Positions 26,538-42,623 of a stretch of DNA of 64,000 nt are shown here, one piece after another. Source of the DNA: Octopus vulgaris. Its lineage: Eukaryota. Below the pieces are notes generated by a model that made no database searches, had not been told where the DNA came from, and worked only from the letters and a program-made list of their open reading frames with translations. The translations under genes and the position numbers were made by a program. The stretch is taken from the NCBI GenBank assembly GCA_951406725.2, contig OX597831.1, forward strand, positions 77,872,001-77,936,000, given 5' to 3'. Each line of letters begins with the position of its first letter. Within the stretch, counting starts at the first letter, position 1.

Positions 26538-26945
26538 GGCGTCGAGCTGGCAGAAGCATTAGAACGCCGGGCGAAATGCTTAGCGGTATTTCGTCTGCCG
26601 CTACGTTCTGAGTTCAAATTCCGCCGAGATCGACTTTGCCTTTCATCCTTTCGGGGTCGATAAATTAAGTACCAGTTACGCACTGGGGTCGATCCAATCG
26701 ACTTAATCCATTTGTCTGTCCTTGTTTGTCCTCTCTGTGTTTAGCCCCTTGTAGGTAGTAAAGAAACGTCTACCGTTACGTTCTCAGTTCAAATTCTGCC
26801 GAGGTCGACATTGCCTTTCATCATTTCGGGGTCGATAAATTAAGTACCAGTTGCGCACTGGGGTCGATGTAATCGGCTTAGTCCCTTTATCTGTCCTTGT
26901 TTGCCCCCTGTATGTTTAGCCCCTTGTTGGCAATAAAGAAATATG
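26538..26945 (+). mobile_element. SINE family B dimer
   Basis: Head plus two units; TSD GCATCCAT(A/T)CTCTCT at 26521-26535 and 26948-26962. Confidence 0.9.
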
Positions 26946-27026
26946 AGGCATCCATTCTCTCTCTTTCTCTCCCCGTCACTTTCTTTCACCCCTCTCTCTT
27001 TCCCTCCAGATATATACATTCAGACA

Positions 27027-27268
27027 TACGGTGTGTGTGTGTGGGGGGGGAGTACTGAATAGTCCATGGCTTTAAGTGTGTCGCGAAAGGCTTGGCTGGA
27101 GGTTCAACCTTCCGAGTCCTTATTACAGGGCTTAAAAAACTGAAGGACCACTGCAATAAGTGTCTGAATCTGAGAGCAGAATATGTTAAATAAAATCATA
27201 ATTAACTGATTCTCCTGTATTTTCTTTTACCTAAGGCCAGGAACTTTTCAGCGCACACACCCTCGTAC
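27027..27268 (+). mobile_element. Mariner-derived MITE
   Basis: Degenerate TIRs (TACG...ctgaatagtccatggctt / aaggccaggaacttttcag...CGTA); internal GLKKLKDHCNKCLNLRAEYVK* resembles the mariner transposase C-terminus. Confidence 0.7.
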
Positions 27269-27598
27269 AGACAGACTGAGTTTTAGTGATACTTTAGCAG
27301 GAAATCCTGGAAGATATGGGGCACGAAAAGGATACAAAAGTAACGTTATAGAGAATGGTTTCTTATTTTCATTTCCTAATTCCTAATTTTTGTTGCATGA
27401 AATAGTATGAGAAATCGCAGAAATAGTAAAGGAAAACAAATTGCCATTTACCATTCCCAAGAAGTATGGAATTTCGAGGATCAGGAATTAAAATTATTTT
27501 GCATACATACATATGTGTGTGCGTGTGTGTATGCGCGCGTGTTTGTGTATGGGTTATATCTGAGTATGCGTACACACACACACACACACACAGACACA

Positions 27599-27648
<50 letters not shown>

Positions 27649-28409
27649 AGTTTAGTCGGAACTGAAGGGCAACGCCCCATTACCTATTAAAGGCCATCCG
27701 ATCAAAATGAGAAGTAGGGACCTTCCAACGGGAAATGTGGCAGTAATGATTGCAATGGAGGGGACTCTGCAAGTAAATACCCGGAGTACTTTCTATTTGT
27801 ATCAAACCAAGTGTTGGCGGGAATAGAACCCATAGCGCAAAGAACCAGAGCTGATAATTGCATGTGATTCGGTCCGGCGGTGCTTACAGTCCCACCGAAC
27901 CACCGTCAAGGAGTTTGGGATTTTTGTCGTTCCAGACAGAATGAAAGCGAAGTTGTCCTCAGTAGAAATCGAACACATAGCGCAGGTAGTCAGTAAAAAT
28001 TACACCACGTATTCTCTCCTGACGGCTCGGCCATTTCGCTTGGGTGTGTTCATGGTGGGCGTTTATGTTTCCTCATCCGGCTGTTGTGTACGTTCTATTT
28101 ATTATTCTATATTCCGTAAGTTAGACAAATAGAAATGGCCAATTGCATCATACTCAAAATAAGCATTCGTCGGTATGGGATCATTGACTGGCGCCCCTGA
28201 AGGCAGTGCTCCGCCACACACAAGCCAGGGCTCACTCAAAGTCCTATTATTCAAATCAAAATTAAAGTAGCTATGTGGTTAAGAAGTTCGCTTAGCAGAC
28301 ACGAGGTTTCGGGTTCAATCCGACTTCGCAAGTGCCTAAGGTGTCTTCTGCTACATAGTAAAAATAGAATTCAAAATATGAGTATATGTTTTTTTTTATT
28401 AATATTTAA

Positions 28410-28506
28410 CAGAAGTAACACAGTGACTCAAGGGCCGAGCGTTTCGTGCGTTTGATGAGTGCCAACGCAAGAAAACCTTAGACCTTGAGTCACTCGGTCA
28501 CTTCTG
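28410..28506. repeat. ~97-bp imperfect inverted repeat containing a hammerhead-like core
   Basis: Arms cagaagtaacacagtgactcaagg... / ...ccttgagtcactcggtcacttctg; centre TTGATGA-GTGC-CAAC-GCAA-GAAA. Confidence 0.65.
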
Positions 28507-28531
28507 CTATATATACATGTGTGTATGTGTG

Positions 28532-28623
<92 letters not shown>

Positions 28624-28630
28624 TGTACTC

Positions 28631-29003
28631 TGGCGTGGCCGTGTAGTAAGAAGCATGCTTCCCACCAACTTAGTTCCGGGTTCGGTCCCACAGCGTGGCA
28701 ACTTCTGCAAGTGTCGTCTGCTATAGCCACGGGTCGACCAAAGCTTTCAGAGTAGGTTTGATAGACGGAAACCGAAAGAAGCCTGTCGTGTATGTGTGTC
28801 TTTGGGCCTGTGTTTGTCCTCCACCACCACTTGACAACCGGTGCTGGTGTCTTTACGTCCCCGTAACTGAGCAGTCCAGCAAACAAAACCGATAGATTGA
28901 GGTATAAGGTTTGACAAAATAAGCCCTGGGGGTCGATTTGTTCGACTAAAACCTGACAAGACGGCGCTGAAGCATGGCCGCAGTCCGATGACTGAAGTAA
29001 GAA
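28631..29003 (+). mobile_element. SINE family C
   Basis: Head, body and tail all recognisable though diverged. Confidence 0.8.
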
Positions 29004-29623
29004 ATATCACACACACACATATACATATATATATATACATACATACCTTCACATACGTGTATAGACGTGTAGGTGTATATATTTCTATTGCATTGTACTC
29101 CACCCTCAACTGACCCCTACTTAGCCCCCTCCCCCCAATTACGTACACCTTTTCCCATCAACGTCCCACAACAGCGCCGACGAAAATTCCCTCGTAAACA
29201 GTCCTGACTTACTCCCACCACAACCGTAAATATTATTTTTATTATTATTATTATTATTATTATTTCGCTCTCTCTCTTTTCTCTCCTTTCTTTCTTTTCT
29301 CTCTCCAGTCTTCCTTTCCTCTCCCAACTCCGCCCTAACAACTTCCTGCTCTCCCCCTTCCTCTCCGCCCAACACCCCCACACCCCTCATTCTCTTTATT
29401 CTTTCTTTCTTTTTTCTCTCTCCTCTTCTCCTTCACCTACCACCCTTCTTCTCTCCATCCTACCCCGACTGGTTGCTAAACGCCACCTCTCACCTCCTCT
29501 CACCGCATAATATACCTCCAACCCCAACGACAGCTTTTTAAATGCTTTCATTGACAAGCTCTCAGCACTCTCGTGTGGAATATACATATATACACACACA
29601 TATATATACTCTGCGACATATAC

Positions 29624-29672
<49 letters not shown>

Positions 29673-29791
29673 TATATGTACATGCATACATATATTTATA
29701 TGCGTGTATATGTATGTGTATTTATTTTTAAATCGACGTTCGGAATGTAGCTAGCATATTTATACACACACGCATACACACAGACACACAG

Positions 29792-29822
<31 letters not shown>

Positions 29823-30721
29823 CATACATAAATATGTATATATACCCATTCTTTTTCACTATTTAAACTTTATTTTAAATATATATATACACACACACAC
29901 ACATATACATATATATATATACATACATATATATATATATATATATGTGTGTATATATGTATATATGTATATATATATTTATTTATATCTATATTATTTA
30001 TCAAAATATTTAAGTTGTTCTTTTTAAACTATTTTCACACATATATATATATATATGTACATATTTATTTGAAAACGAAGTGTAACAATAAAGAAAAAGA
30101 GAGCAAAAACAAATACAAAAACATACATATATAAAGTACATTGAAAAAAGCAACAACGACAACAAGACCAACAACAACACTAAATGGAATATACGAATGA
30201 GATATACGCGGAAAAACCAGCAACACATTTTCGAGAGGTATGGACACTGTTACCACCACGACGAGATGGTCCTGTGGTTTAGGAGGTATTTAAGTGATGA
30301 AAAATAATCCATGTATATATGTATGTAAGTATATATATATATATATATATATAGATAAATAGATATGTATATAGATATATGTGTGTGTTTATACGGGTGT
30401 ATGTGCAGCACTTTGAGAGCAGGAGTGTGTGTATGTGTGTCAGTGTGCAAATATATACGTGAACCTTTATAAATGCGTAACTGTCGATCAGTGTGTCTGT
30501 CTCTTTATTTATCGATATATTTACACACACGTACACACACGCACGAGATTCTGTTACTAGTTTGAAGCCAGAGGCTGCGGCCATGCTGGTGCAGTGCCTT
30601 ATACCTGTTTGTATGCCTTTTTTTGCGTGTGTAGATATGTCCACATACATATCCACCCGTATTACTTTTACATCGGCCTTTTTTCGTCTTATCTTCATTG
30701 AGTTCTCCGTGTAAGTTACAT

Positions 30722-30758
<37 letters not shown>

Positions 30759-31119
30759 TGTATGCCAACACGCATTCACACAAACACACACAAATATATA
30801 TATATACACTCACACACGTGTATGCTTGTCCATAATGTGTGTGTATATATATATATATAACATATTTAGTGGATGTATTATACTCATTATGCTCTGTCTA
30901 TACCTCTGTGTGTGTATGGAGATACACACACACACACACATAAGAATTTGTTTCCTATTGTCCGTCGTGTGAGAGTAGAGATTTCTATTTCTCTCTATTA
31001 CGGAAACACTCGCTGTCGATTTTATTTACCTGTCGTTTCTCCCTCTCTTTCTTTGTCTCTCTTTCCTTCCCTTTCTCTTTATCACTACATACATGCTTAC
31101 ACACACACATCTCTCTCTA

Positions 31120-31152
<33 letters not shown>

Positions 31153-31160
31153 CTATCTAC

Positions 31161-31237
<77 letters not shown>

Positions 31238-31913
31238 GATCGATCGATCAATCTACTTATCTGTCTGTCTGCCCCCTCTCACTCTTTCTCTCTCTATGTA
31301 TATATATATGAATTTGCTGTATGTTTATATTTAGCTTTCGCTCTTTCCTTTTGTATTTCTCTCCCTCACCCTCTCTCTCTCTATATATATATATATCAAT
31401 CTATCTATATGTATAATTTATGAATGTACGGGTGTACGTATGTATGCATCTGTTTATCTAGATATGTATATCTATAAATATATGTAAGCCAGCTAGCTAG
31501 CTAGCCAGGTAGCCAACTACCCTCTTAGCTGGTCACATATAAACCTGGCTAGCTTCGTCACACCCACCCCTTTCTCTCAACGCTTGTTTCAACCCCCGAT
31601 ACCCGATTGTTGCTCCAAAGATAAATATCTTTGCTACTGTACCCGGTGTATTTTATTAGGCCTATAGTAACTACTTCCTTATATATTTACTGCCTGGCGC
31701 GCTCACACGCACACACACGCGCTCGTTAACATATGTGCGTGTGCGCGGCTATACAAACACCCGCAAAACCCAAAAGCACATACGTACGCACCCGTATACA
31801 AATATCGATGAATGCCAGGAATGTATGCATGCACACACGCACTTACACACACACAAAGACGCTCGTTTATGTATTCATGTATGCATAACTACCTGTCCGT
31901 ATACATGATATAC

Positions 31914-31966
<53 letters not shown>

Positions 31967-32043
31967 CGGAGTAAACATAAATGTGAAAGGTGGAAAAAAG
32001 AGTACTCAAATACCAGAGGTAGAGTAATATGCTTTATTTAAAT

Positions 32044-32082
<39 letters not shown>

Positions 32083-32083
32083 G

Positions 32084-32228
<145 letters not shown>

Positions 32229-32243
32229 GTATATTTATATATA

Positions 32244-34300
<2,057 letters not shown>

Positions 34301-34375
34301 AACGCAATGGCACAGTGAAGCACGCACTCAGAAATGCACGTGTGTAGTATGCTGTGTTTGCATGCATGCGTGCGT

Positions 34376-34411
<36 letters not shown>

Positions 34412-34598
34412 ATGTGTGTGTGTATGTGTTTGCGTTCGTGTGTGCACGAGTGCTTGCGTTTGTTTTGTGGGTGTTATCACGCCGCTTGGCAACCGGTGTT
34501 TGTTTGTTTACGTTTCGTAATTTAGAGGCTCTGCAATATAGATTGACCGAATAAAAAGTAACAGAATGAGAGAATAAAGTCTAAATAAAGGAATATAG

Positions 34599-34824
34599 GC
34601 AATGTTTCGGTATAAGTACATGACGTCAGTCATGAGTGAGTATGTGTGTATGTTATGTGTGTGAGCGTGTGTGAGTGTGTGTATGATATGTGTGTGATAT
34701 GTATGATGTGTGTGATATGTTTGTGATATGTGTGTGAGAGTATATTTGACTGTCCAGCCCTGTCGAACAGATGAAACGCAATGTCACTCATTCATGACGT
34801 CATAGATTATTACCGAAAGATTGC
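34599..34824. mobile_element. MITE-like element with ~45-bp imperfect TIRs
   Basis: gcaatgtttcggtataagtacATGACGTCA...atgagtgag vs ctcattcaTGACGTCATagattattaccgaaagattgc; internal (TG)-rich spacer. Confidence 0.6.
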
Positions 34825-35380
34825 TAGAATATATTAAACGGGGCTCCTTTCACATTCTCTTGAAGATATCTTCCCACAGCTTCGGTTTACAGTAAATGTT
34901 GTATTGTATACCTGATAGCCTATGGTTAATTGCATAACATATGTAAATCAGGCGCGTTATCGCCGATTAGTTAAGAAGTCTGCTTCGTAATTGCGAAGTC
35001 CTGAGTTCTGTCCCAATTCGTAGCATCTTCAGGAAATGTTATTCTTCATAGCGTCGAGTGAACATATAAATTGTGACTGAAATTTTGTAAACGGAATCTC
35101 TATAGAAGTCCGTCACGTGTATTTACTTATAATTCAAAAAGATACAGCCGTCTCGTGAATTAACCAATAATTCTAAAAGATACTGCTTTGTCGTAATTGT
35201 TACCATGTTTCTGTGGAATTGCATTGCCCTGGTTTCAGTTATTTACCAAAAGAATGCAGAAATTAGTAAAATAACTTAGTTCTTTTCAAGGTAGTTTTTG
35301 GAAGATTACACAAAATTTTGATGGAAGGTTTTAAGCTTAGATCACATTAACTCTTTTGTTACCATATTTCTACTGAAATC

Positions 35381-35722
35381 GTGGCACTTCGTCGGTTGCG
35401 ACGACGGGGTTTCAGTTGATCCGATCAACGGAACAGCCGGCTCGTGAAATTAACGTGCAAGTAGCTGAGCACGCCACAGACACGTGGTTCTCGGGGGGAG
35501 AGTCAGCGTGACACAGAGTGTGACAAGGCTGGAAATAGGAAGAAAGAGTGAGAAAAAGTTGTGGTGAAAGAGTACAGCAGGGTTCACACCCCTCCCCCGC
35601 CGGAGCCTCGTGAAGCTGCAGGTGTTTTCGTTCAATAAACACTCACAAGACCCGTTCTGGGAATCGAAACCGCGATGCTACGACCGCGAGTTCGCTGCCC
35701 TAACCACCGGCCATTGCGCCTC
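35381..35722 (-). mobile_element. SINE family A (tail type 2)
   Basis: Collinear with 49601-49991, with internal deletions. Confidence 0.85.
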
Positions 35723-36109
35723 TACTCTGTTGAAATACACTATCTTTATTTCAGAAAGATTTCCTCTTAGGTGCGCGCATGATGGTGGGGGGGGGGCACA
35801 CTTGGACTATCATAGTAAACATTCTTTCGTATTTTCGTTTCTTGTCACCCCGAAATAATTAAACAAACACATTACTACTTAACTAATAAAATAGTCCACC
35901 GTACCCCCCCCCCCATCCACTGCAACATACCATCCAGTCCGCTACCACCAATATCACACTACTATTACCTGCTTCCAAAAGCAGCAGCGTCTCTTGTTTC
36001 TTTTACATGGGAGATGACGAGGAGAGTTGTTTCTGAGTTATCCCCCTTGCCATTTGCTTGGTTTAAGAAGCCATCGTCCACTAATGTTTCTCTGTATTCG
36101 GTGCAGATA

Positions 36110-36510
36110 TCTTTATATATAAAAGTGAGGTTGTGTGCTGTCTGTCTCCTACGATTTAGATTCCTAACTACTCCCACATTTTGCGGTGCAGTTTAACCAA
36201 AACCGGGTATCTTATAGTCGTGATTCATATCGAGCCCTTCTGGGTATTAGCGCACGTCTACGATGAGTCTACGATTTTAAAAAAAATTTACCATCATTTT
36301 TTTCCCATTTTAATGCATTTTTTTCGCTATTATATAAGGGAAGTAACTCTCTAAAAATGTCTACGATGAGTCAATGATTTAAAAAAAATTACCATAATTT
36401 CTTTTCTATTTTTAATGCATTTTTTTGCTATTTTTTGGCTATAACTCTCTAAAAATGCCTATATAGTTATTTCCCTTACAAACCCGAGCAACGCCGGGCG
36501 ATACTGCTAG
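36110..36510 (+). mobile_element. Non-autonomous Helitron
   Basis: 5' A|TCTTTATATATAAAA; 3' hairpin CCCGAGCAACGCCGGG then CTAG|T; internal ~100-bp tandem duplication (gtctacgatgagtc at about 36256 and 36359). Confidence 0.87.
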
Positions 36511-36695
36511 TTACTTGTAATAATTAACTTATGGTCGTCCTTCTCACAATTTAACACAAACTTCATATTTGTAATGATAGGGCTCTCAGTCCATGAAGAA
36601 GTAACTGTCTTGGCTACAAAATACCTCATCAGTTCAGAAGATAATGAGCGAAAACGTAATTCTTAAACCAACTGTTCGCTACAAAATCAATGCAC

Positions 36696-36737
<42 letters not shown>

Positions 36738-37479
36738 TTTCTGTATTTCATATGTTCTGTTTAAACTGAAAGATCGCACAGTTCCGATGCAGGGGAGGAA
36801 GGAATTGGCATACCTTTTTATAAAATCATGTCAATGCTTCCTGACTAACATAACATAATATTCTTGACGGTTTGAGTAAACACTGTTTTAAAACTAATTT
36901 GACATAAAGCAATTGAATTTAAACATATCGCGATCAATTAATAAAACATTTGTTGGCAGTTATCTTAATGAAACAGCTGTTGAGCACAATCAAATTATGA
37001 ACTCTATGTGAAACTTTTGGTAATCTGCTTTTATGCTAAATATGTTGGTCATTAAGATCGTTGTGGCCGATTACGTCAATACACGCAAGTCCATACCGCC
37101 TGGTATTTACTGCGATGTAATAACTTGTCTGAGGTTAATGACTTGTTAACAATTAAGGTGTTAATTAGCGTAGATTTATTCTTTGAAGTTTATACTTTAG
37201 TTCTCTCCCCCACTGCACATATTTCTTTGGACTTTTACTTGTTTTAGTCATATAACTGCGGCCATGCTGGAGCACCACCTTGAAGAATTTTACTCAAACG
37301 AATCAACCCCAGCACACATTACCTTTTTTAACGCCTGATACTTATTTTATCGGTTTATTTTGCCGAACCGCTAGGTTACGATCAAAAAGTGGCTACCAAG
37401 CCGCTAGAGAGGAACGAACTCTCAAATTCTGACTGAGTGTTCGGTAATATTAAGCATAACGACCTCTCTATCCTTTTCA

Positions 37480-37510
<31 letters not shown>

Positions 37511-37680
37511 ACACACCCACATGTGTATGTGTGTGCGGTAAGAAGCTTGCTTACCAACCACATGGTACTGGGTTCAGTCCCACTGTGTGGTACCTTGGGC
37601 AATTGTCTTCTACTATAGCCTCGAGCCGACCAAAGCCTTGTAAGTGGATTTGGTAGAAGGAAACTGAGAGATGCCCCGTC

Positions 37681-37724
<44 letters not shown>

Positions 37725-38001
37725 TTATTTATTTATTTATATATATCACACTAGCCACTACACATTCTAGCTGCGAGAATGTTTAGCGACATTTCAGCTG
37801 TCTTTATATTTTGAGTTCAAATTTGTGTTCGATTTTGCCTTCCATTATTTCGATAATATAAGGGGTCGATAAAATAAGGACCGGTTCGACACCTCCGAAA
37901 TTTGTGGCTTTGTGCCAGAATGTGTAACTATTATATTAGGTGTGTGTGTGTGTGTGTGTGGGTTTGAGAGAGGAGAGAGAGAATAGCTGGATACATACAT
38001 A

Positions 38002-38869
38002 CGAGGTCTGATCAAAAAGTAGCCGGACTGCTGCCATAGTAACGAAGCTGAAGCGCATAGAGAGAAGCCAGATTGACCCAGATTGACCTTGGACTAAGTT
38101 TTACTTCCGCTGCTTACAGCAGTGCTTGGAAAGGAAGGGTGTAGCGTACGATCATCGCATTGACCGTGACAGAGAAAGTTGTCATGGTCATAGCTGCTGA
38201 AAGACGTGTGTAAAGTTGCAGAAAGTGTATGGAGAGGGGAGTGTATGAGTGGCACACAAGTGTACGATTGGTTCAAACGCTTTCCAAGATGGCTGGAAAA
38301 AGTCGAAGTTGGGAAACGTTCCGGGAGACCCGCAACCAGCAGAATTGAGAAAAACATCGCAGATGTTCATGCAGCTGTGAGGGGAAATGGTCGAACCACC
38401 TTCTGCGAGTTATCAGGAGAGGTTGTGCAGATTAGTTACAGTTCTGTTCAGTCCATTATCACTGAAGATTTAGATGTGAGACTCGTGACTGCCAAGTTTG
38501 AGCCAAAACTGCTTCCAACTGACCAAAAAGATACTCGGGTTTCAGTTGCATAAGACCTCCTTGATTGTGTCGAGAATGATGAAAACTCCGAAGACTTTGC
38601 GTAGGCCTCTGAGCACGCATCGCCAGCCTTTTGACAAAATATGATGCAGATTCTCTTCTCAACTTTCTCTGTCGTGGTCAATGTGACGAACACACGCCAC
38701 ACACGATACTCCCAAGCACTGCTGCAAACAGTGGAAGTAAGCTAGAACGTGAAAGCATAATGTACATGGATAGCAGAGTTCAAGATCAATCAGTACCAAG
38801 CGGCTTTACTCTAACTACTTTAGCTTCGTTATTATGGCAACGGTCCGGATACTTAATGATCAGACCACG
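38002..38869. mobile_element. Mariner derivative made of two inverted 5' ends
   Basis: TA-flanked TIRs CGAGGTCTGATCAAAAAGTAGCCGGAC / GTCCGGATACTTAATGATCAGACCACG; + frame encodes the HTH region (VYDWFKRF...RSGRP...AKFEPKLL); - frame encodes the N-terminus (EKRICIIFCQK). Confidence 0.88.
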
Positions 38870-39057
38870 TATATCCCATTCATAAACACACGACCAACGA
38901 TCATACAAACACGAACCTACTCCCTTTCTCTCTATCTCTGTCTCTTACCGTTACCGCCACACACGAAACTAAATAAAAAGAAACTGGCACACCTTGAATG
39001 ACGAGAGCACAACAACGTAGATACAATTACTTTCTGGGTTTCCTTGTTGTGGCCTAC

Positions 39058-39179
39058 CTTGTATCGTCTTGAAAGACTGTTGGGAAGACAAGTGTACATT
39101 TTTGCCTACTACGAACGGGTAGGAACTTCTCCCACCCGCTGGCACTCGTTGTCGTAAACACCGCCAGCCCACACCAGGC
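39058..39179 (-). other. Possible spliced exon (unassigned)
   Basis: GC-richer unique island preceded on the minus strand by a long T tract and ...GGCAG|, ending AAG|GTAGGC. Confidence 0.25.
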
Positions 39180-41156
39180 CTGCCAACACACCCGTCGAAA
39201 GCAGCATAAAATAAAAAAAAAGAAAAAGTAAAGATACTTTCAACGAGTAACAATGCTGTCAGGTCAGCTCAAGCCATGCGGAAGCAGTTGAGAAATTATT
39301 TCAAATACGTAGACTTAAGAATATGAACCGAAAACTTTGTTGTTGTTGTTGTTGTTGTGGCGGCATTGTTTTCGTTGTTTGTTGTTTGTAGTTCATTGTT
39401 TAGGTTTTCTGTTTCATTTTTCGTGTTCTCTTCTATTTTATCTTTAGCTATATTTATTTCCTTTTTCGTATTTTTTTTTTTTTTTTTGTTTTTGCATTCT
39501 CTCCCCGTTCAGATCTTATTCACATAGACATTGTTGTCATAGCTTTCAAGTAATTGAATTAATTTTCTTTTTAAAAAAATCTCTTATTGAGCACTCATAG
39601 TAAGATTACAGCGAATTTTGACGTTTTTCTGCTTAAACATTGTTTTACGTTTTTGTATTTTAAGATTTTTACATTTATTGCATTTTGACTTTTGTAAGCT
39701 ATTTTTCTTTTGTATTTGGCCTTTGTAGATGCATTTGAGTATGTCCTCTGAAGCATATGTGCATTATCAACACACAGGAATACTTACACACATACACACA
39801 CATAAAGTGATACCCATAGTGTAGTGAAATAATGAGATCAATGATGGAAACATTAAAAAAATTGTTTGAGTTGTTGCTTGGCAATCAAGCCATTTTTTTT
39901 TGTTTGTTTTGCGTGTTTGCTGGGCTTAATGAATTTCGTATATTGTGGCTCCTTTCTTTCCTCTTTTCCGTTTACGTTTTCATTTCTTTTATCATTTGTG
40001 CCTTCTCTTTATCTCTTTATCTCATTTCCATTCACCATCTCATACTGTACGGGAATTCTATATATGTGTATGTGTGTGTGTTTGTGTGTGTGTGTGTTTG
40101 TGTGTGAGTATGTGTGTGTGTGTGTGTGTGTGTTTGTGTGCGTGTGTTTGTGTGTGTGTGTTTGTGTGTGTGAATGCCATAATATCGTAAGTCGTTACAG
40201 CCTTGATGAACCCGTCTAGTTATAGGCGAAACTCAGAGTAATAAAAAAGTGGTTGACCCACAATGAAAGTATTCATGCTCACTGTGGCACCGAGTTCCCT
40301 TTCTTCTGACAGCAAGCACTAAGATATGCGTGTGTAGTATATATATATATATACACACACACACGCTAATATCGAACAGTTAGGATGGGTGCTCAACACT
40401 CCATTGGTGGATAGATATTCTTTATATGCGGGTTAACAAGGCTACTATTGGTTTCATGCCGAGAGAAGATTTCTCAGCAATTATCAAACCTGCCGCATGA
40501 GATATATATTGTGTGCTACGGTAATAGCTACTTCCCTGAATAATTAATAATGTTTCGTTAATTTAATTATATACAATATACCTGCTGATTTCAAACAGCG
40601 TGGTAGTTAATTTTGCTTTTTATCTTTCCCAGTTCGATTAAACAGGTACCAGTTATGCACTGGGAAACGTCACAATAACCATCTCTGTCGTACCCAGAAA
40701 GACATAATACCGTGCATTTAATTTTATTTGCCTACGACCAGAAAAGACTAATTACATTGTTGAGTGATTGTATCTTTGTATAGCTGAGGAAAATAATAAT
40801 GCGATGTTTTCCATAGAATAATGTTGGAAATATATTTGTCTTGTGGTGGCAGAACAAGCTTCAAGCGACATATTTGAGCTAACGGCTGTGCAAGGATAAG
40901 TTTTCTAAAATATTTAAGGACATTCGAAGGATTGCTTTGGTCCATTAGTAACACGTCTTTCCTTTATTTTACAAGAGATTTTGGTTCAAGTTCCAAGGGT
41001 AACCATAAACTCTTTCAATCCAAAGGCTTTATAACCCCATAATTACACAATGATGTTTATAGATTTTCTACCTCAAGATCCATTGTCTCCCCAAGAAACC
41101 CCCAATTATTTCACGTTCTCTCGAAGTTTGCAAAGTCCTATGACTTCGCCTAAATA

Positions 41157-41251
<95 letters not shown>

Positions 41252-41640
41252 GAACAAAAGCGCAATAGAGGACATTAAAACATTCGGATAGATGAACGAT
41301 ACACAGGCGGAGAAGAGAAACAACAATTAGAAGGACAGGCAAAAAAAAAAGAAGACGGGTCATTCTTGGCTTTCCTTTCCTCAGTCAAGTACCAGAAGTC
41401 ACGACCATTTCGGGCAGTTAAACTTGAGATGGCTCGATCTAGTTGCCCTGCAAAAAGTCTAAGCTAAGAGCATTAGACCCCTTTGTATGAAAGCTAGCGA
41501 ATGTGTACGTAAACAAAGACAAACAAACAAATAAACAAAATACGGATAACATTGTACACAATTACGAATACAAACAACAAGAAATAACAATATATGAACA
41601 TTAGGTTGGTTAAAACGTGTTTGTGTCATATTTTGTGATG

Positions 41641-41702
<62 letters not shown>

Positions 41703-41939
41703 TGCAAGCAATTTTACGTTAAATTGAAGCATTACTTAATGCATTTGGTCAAATGCAAGTTTTTTATTCAGGAATAGTATAGACAGTGACTTCGACGTTT
41801 CAGCCAGTTAAGCGATCATCGGACTGCTTGTTGGTGGCTTAACTGGCCAAATAATTATATATACGTATAAGTCCTTAATCCTTAAAAATGTTTCAGCCCG
41901 AAGGCTGCGGCCATGCTGGGGCACCACCGTTGAATGAGC

Positions 41940-42270
41940 TACACTAGTATGTGAAGCCACCTCTGATACGTGGCACTTGATCAACAAGAGAGTTCGACGC
42001 TGCTGCCCGCATATGTGTTTCCTGCCGAGAGGTAGGCTCATTTGGAACCCCTGACAAGAAGAGATCCAGTTTAGTTTTAAAGAAACCCACATCCACACCT
42101 TGCAAGTCTCTCAGGCATTTAGGGAGGATGTTAAAGAGCTGTGGTCCCCTGAAACCCAACTGTTGCAGTATCTGGTCCTATATTTTGATGGTGATGTTGG
42201 GATCTTTGGCACCATGCAGTGGCGCCCTGTTCTGCTGCTGGGGTAACTTTGAATGCCAAAATTTGGGACA
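41940..42270 (-). mobile_element. CR1/L2-group LINE 3' fragment
   Basis: GFRGPQLFNILPKCLRDL...FFKTKLDLFLSGVPNEP is a CR1-like ORF2 C-terminus. Confidence 0.8.
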
Positions 42271-42623
42271 TGTATGCATGTATGTATGTACATATATACA
42301 ATCATAATACATACATACATACATACATACATACATACATACATACATACATACATACATACATACATACATACATACACTCACACACACACATGCATGC
42401 TTCTGTATTCATCGCAAAGTAAAACCATCCTACTGATAGTGACTAAGTACATTAGAGTCGTAACATCACGTTCAACATTTGATATGAATGATCAAGTTAC
42501 AAGTGCTGAAAATCAATATGTCCGCATTAACCACTAATCACGACTCAAAAGAAGTGTGAAACCAGAGGCAAAAAAAAGGCGCCAAATACGAAGACGACAT
42601 AGTAAATGTTTAAATGTTGATTG

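Noticed and set aside
41263-41580. Possible permuted hammerhead (GAAA...CTGAGGA on the minus strand)
   Set aside because: I could not build consistent helices; probably a repeat fragment.
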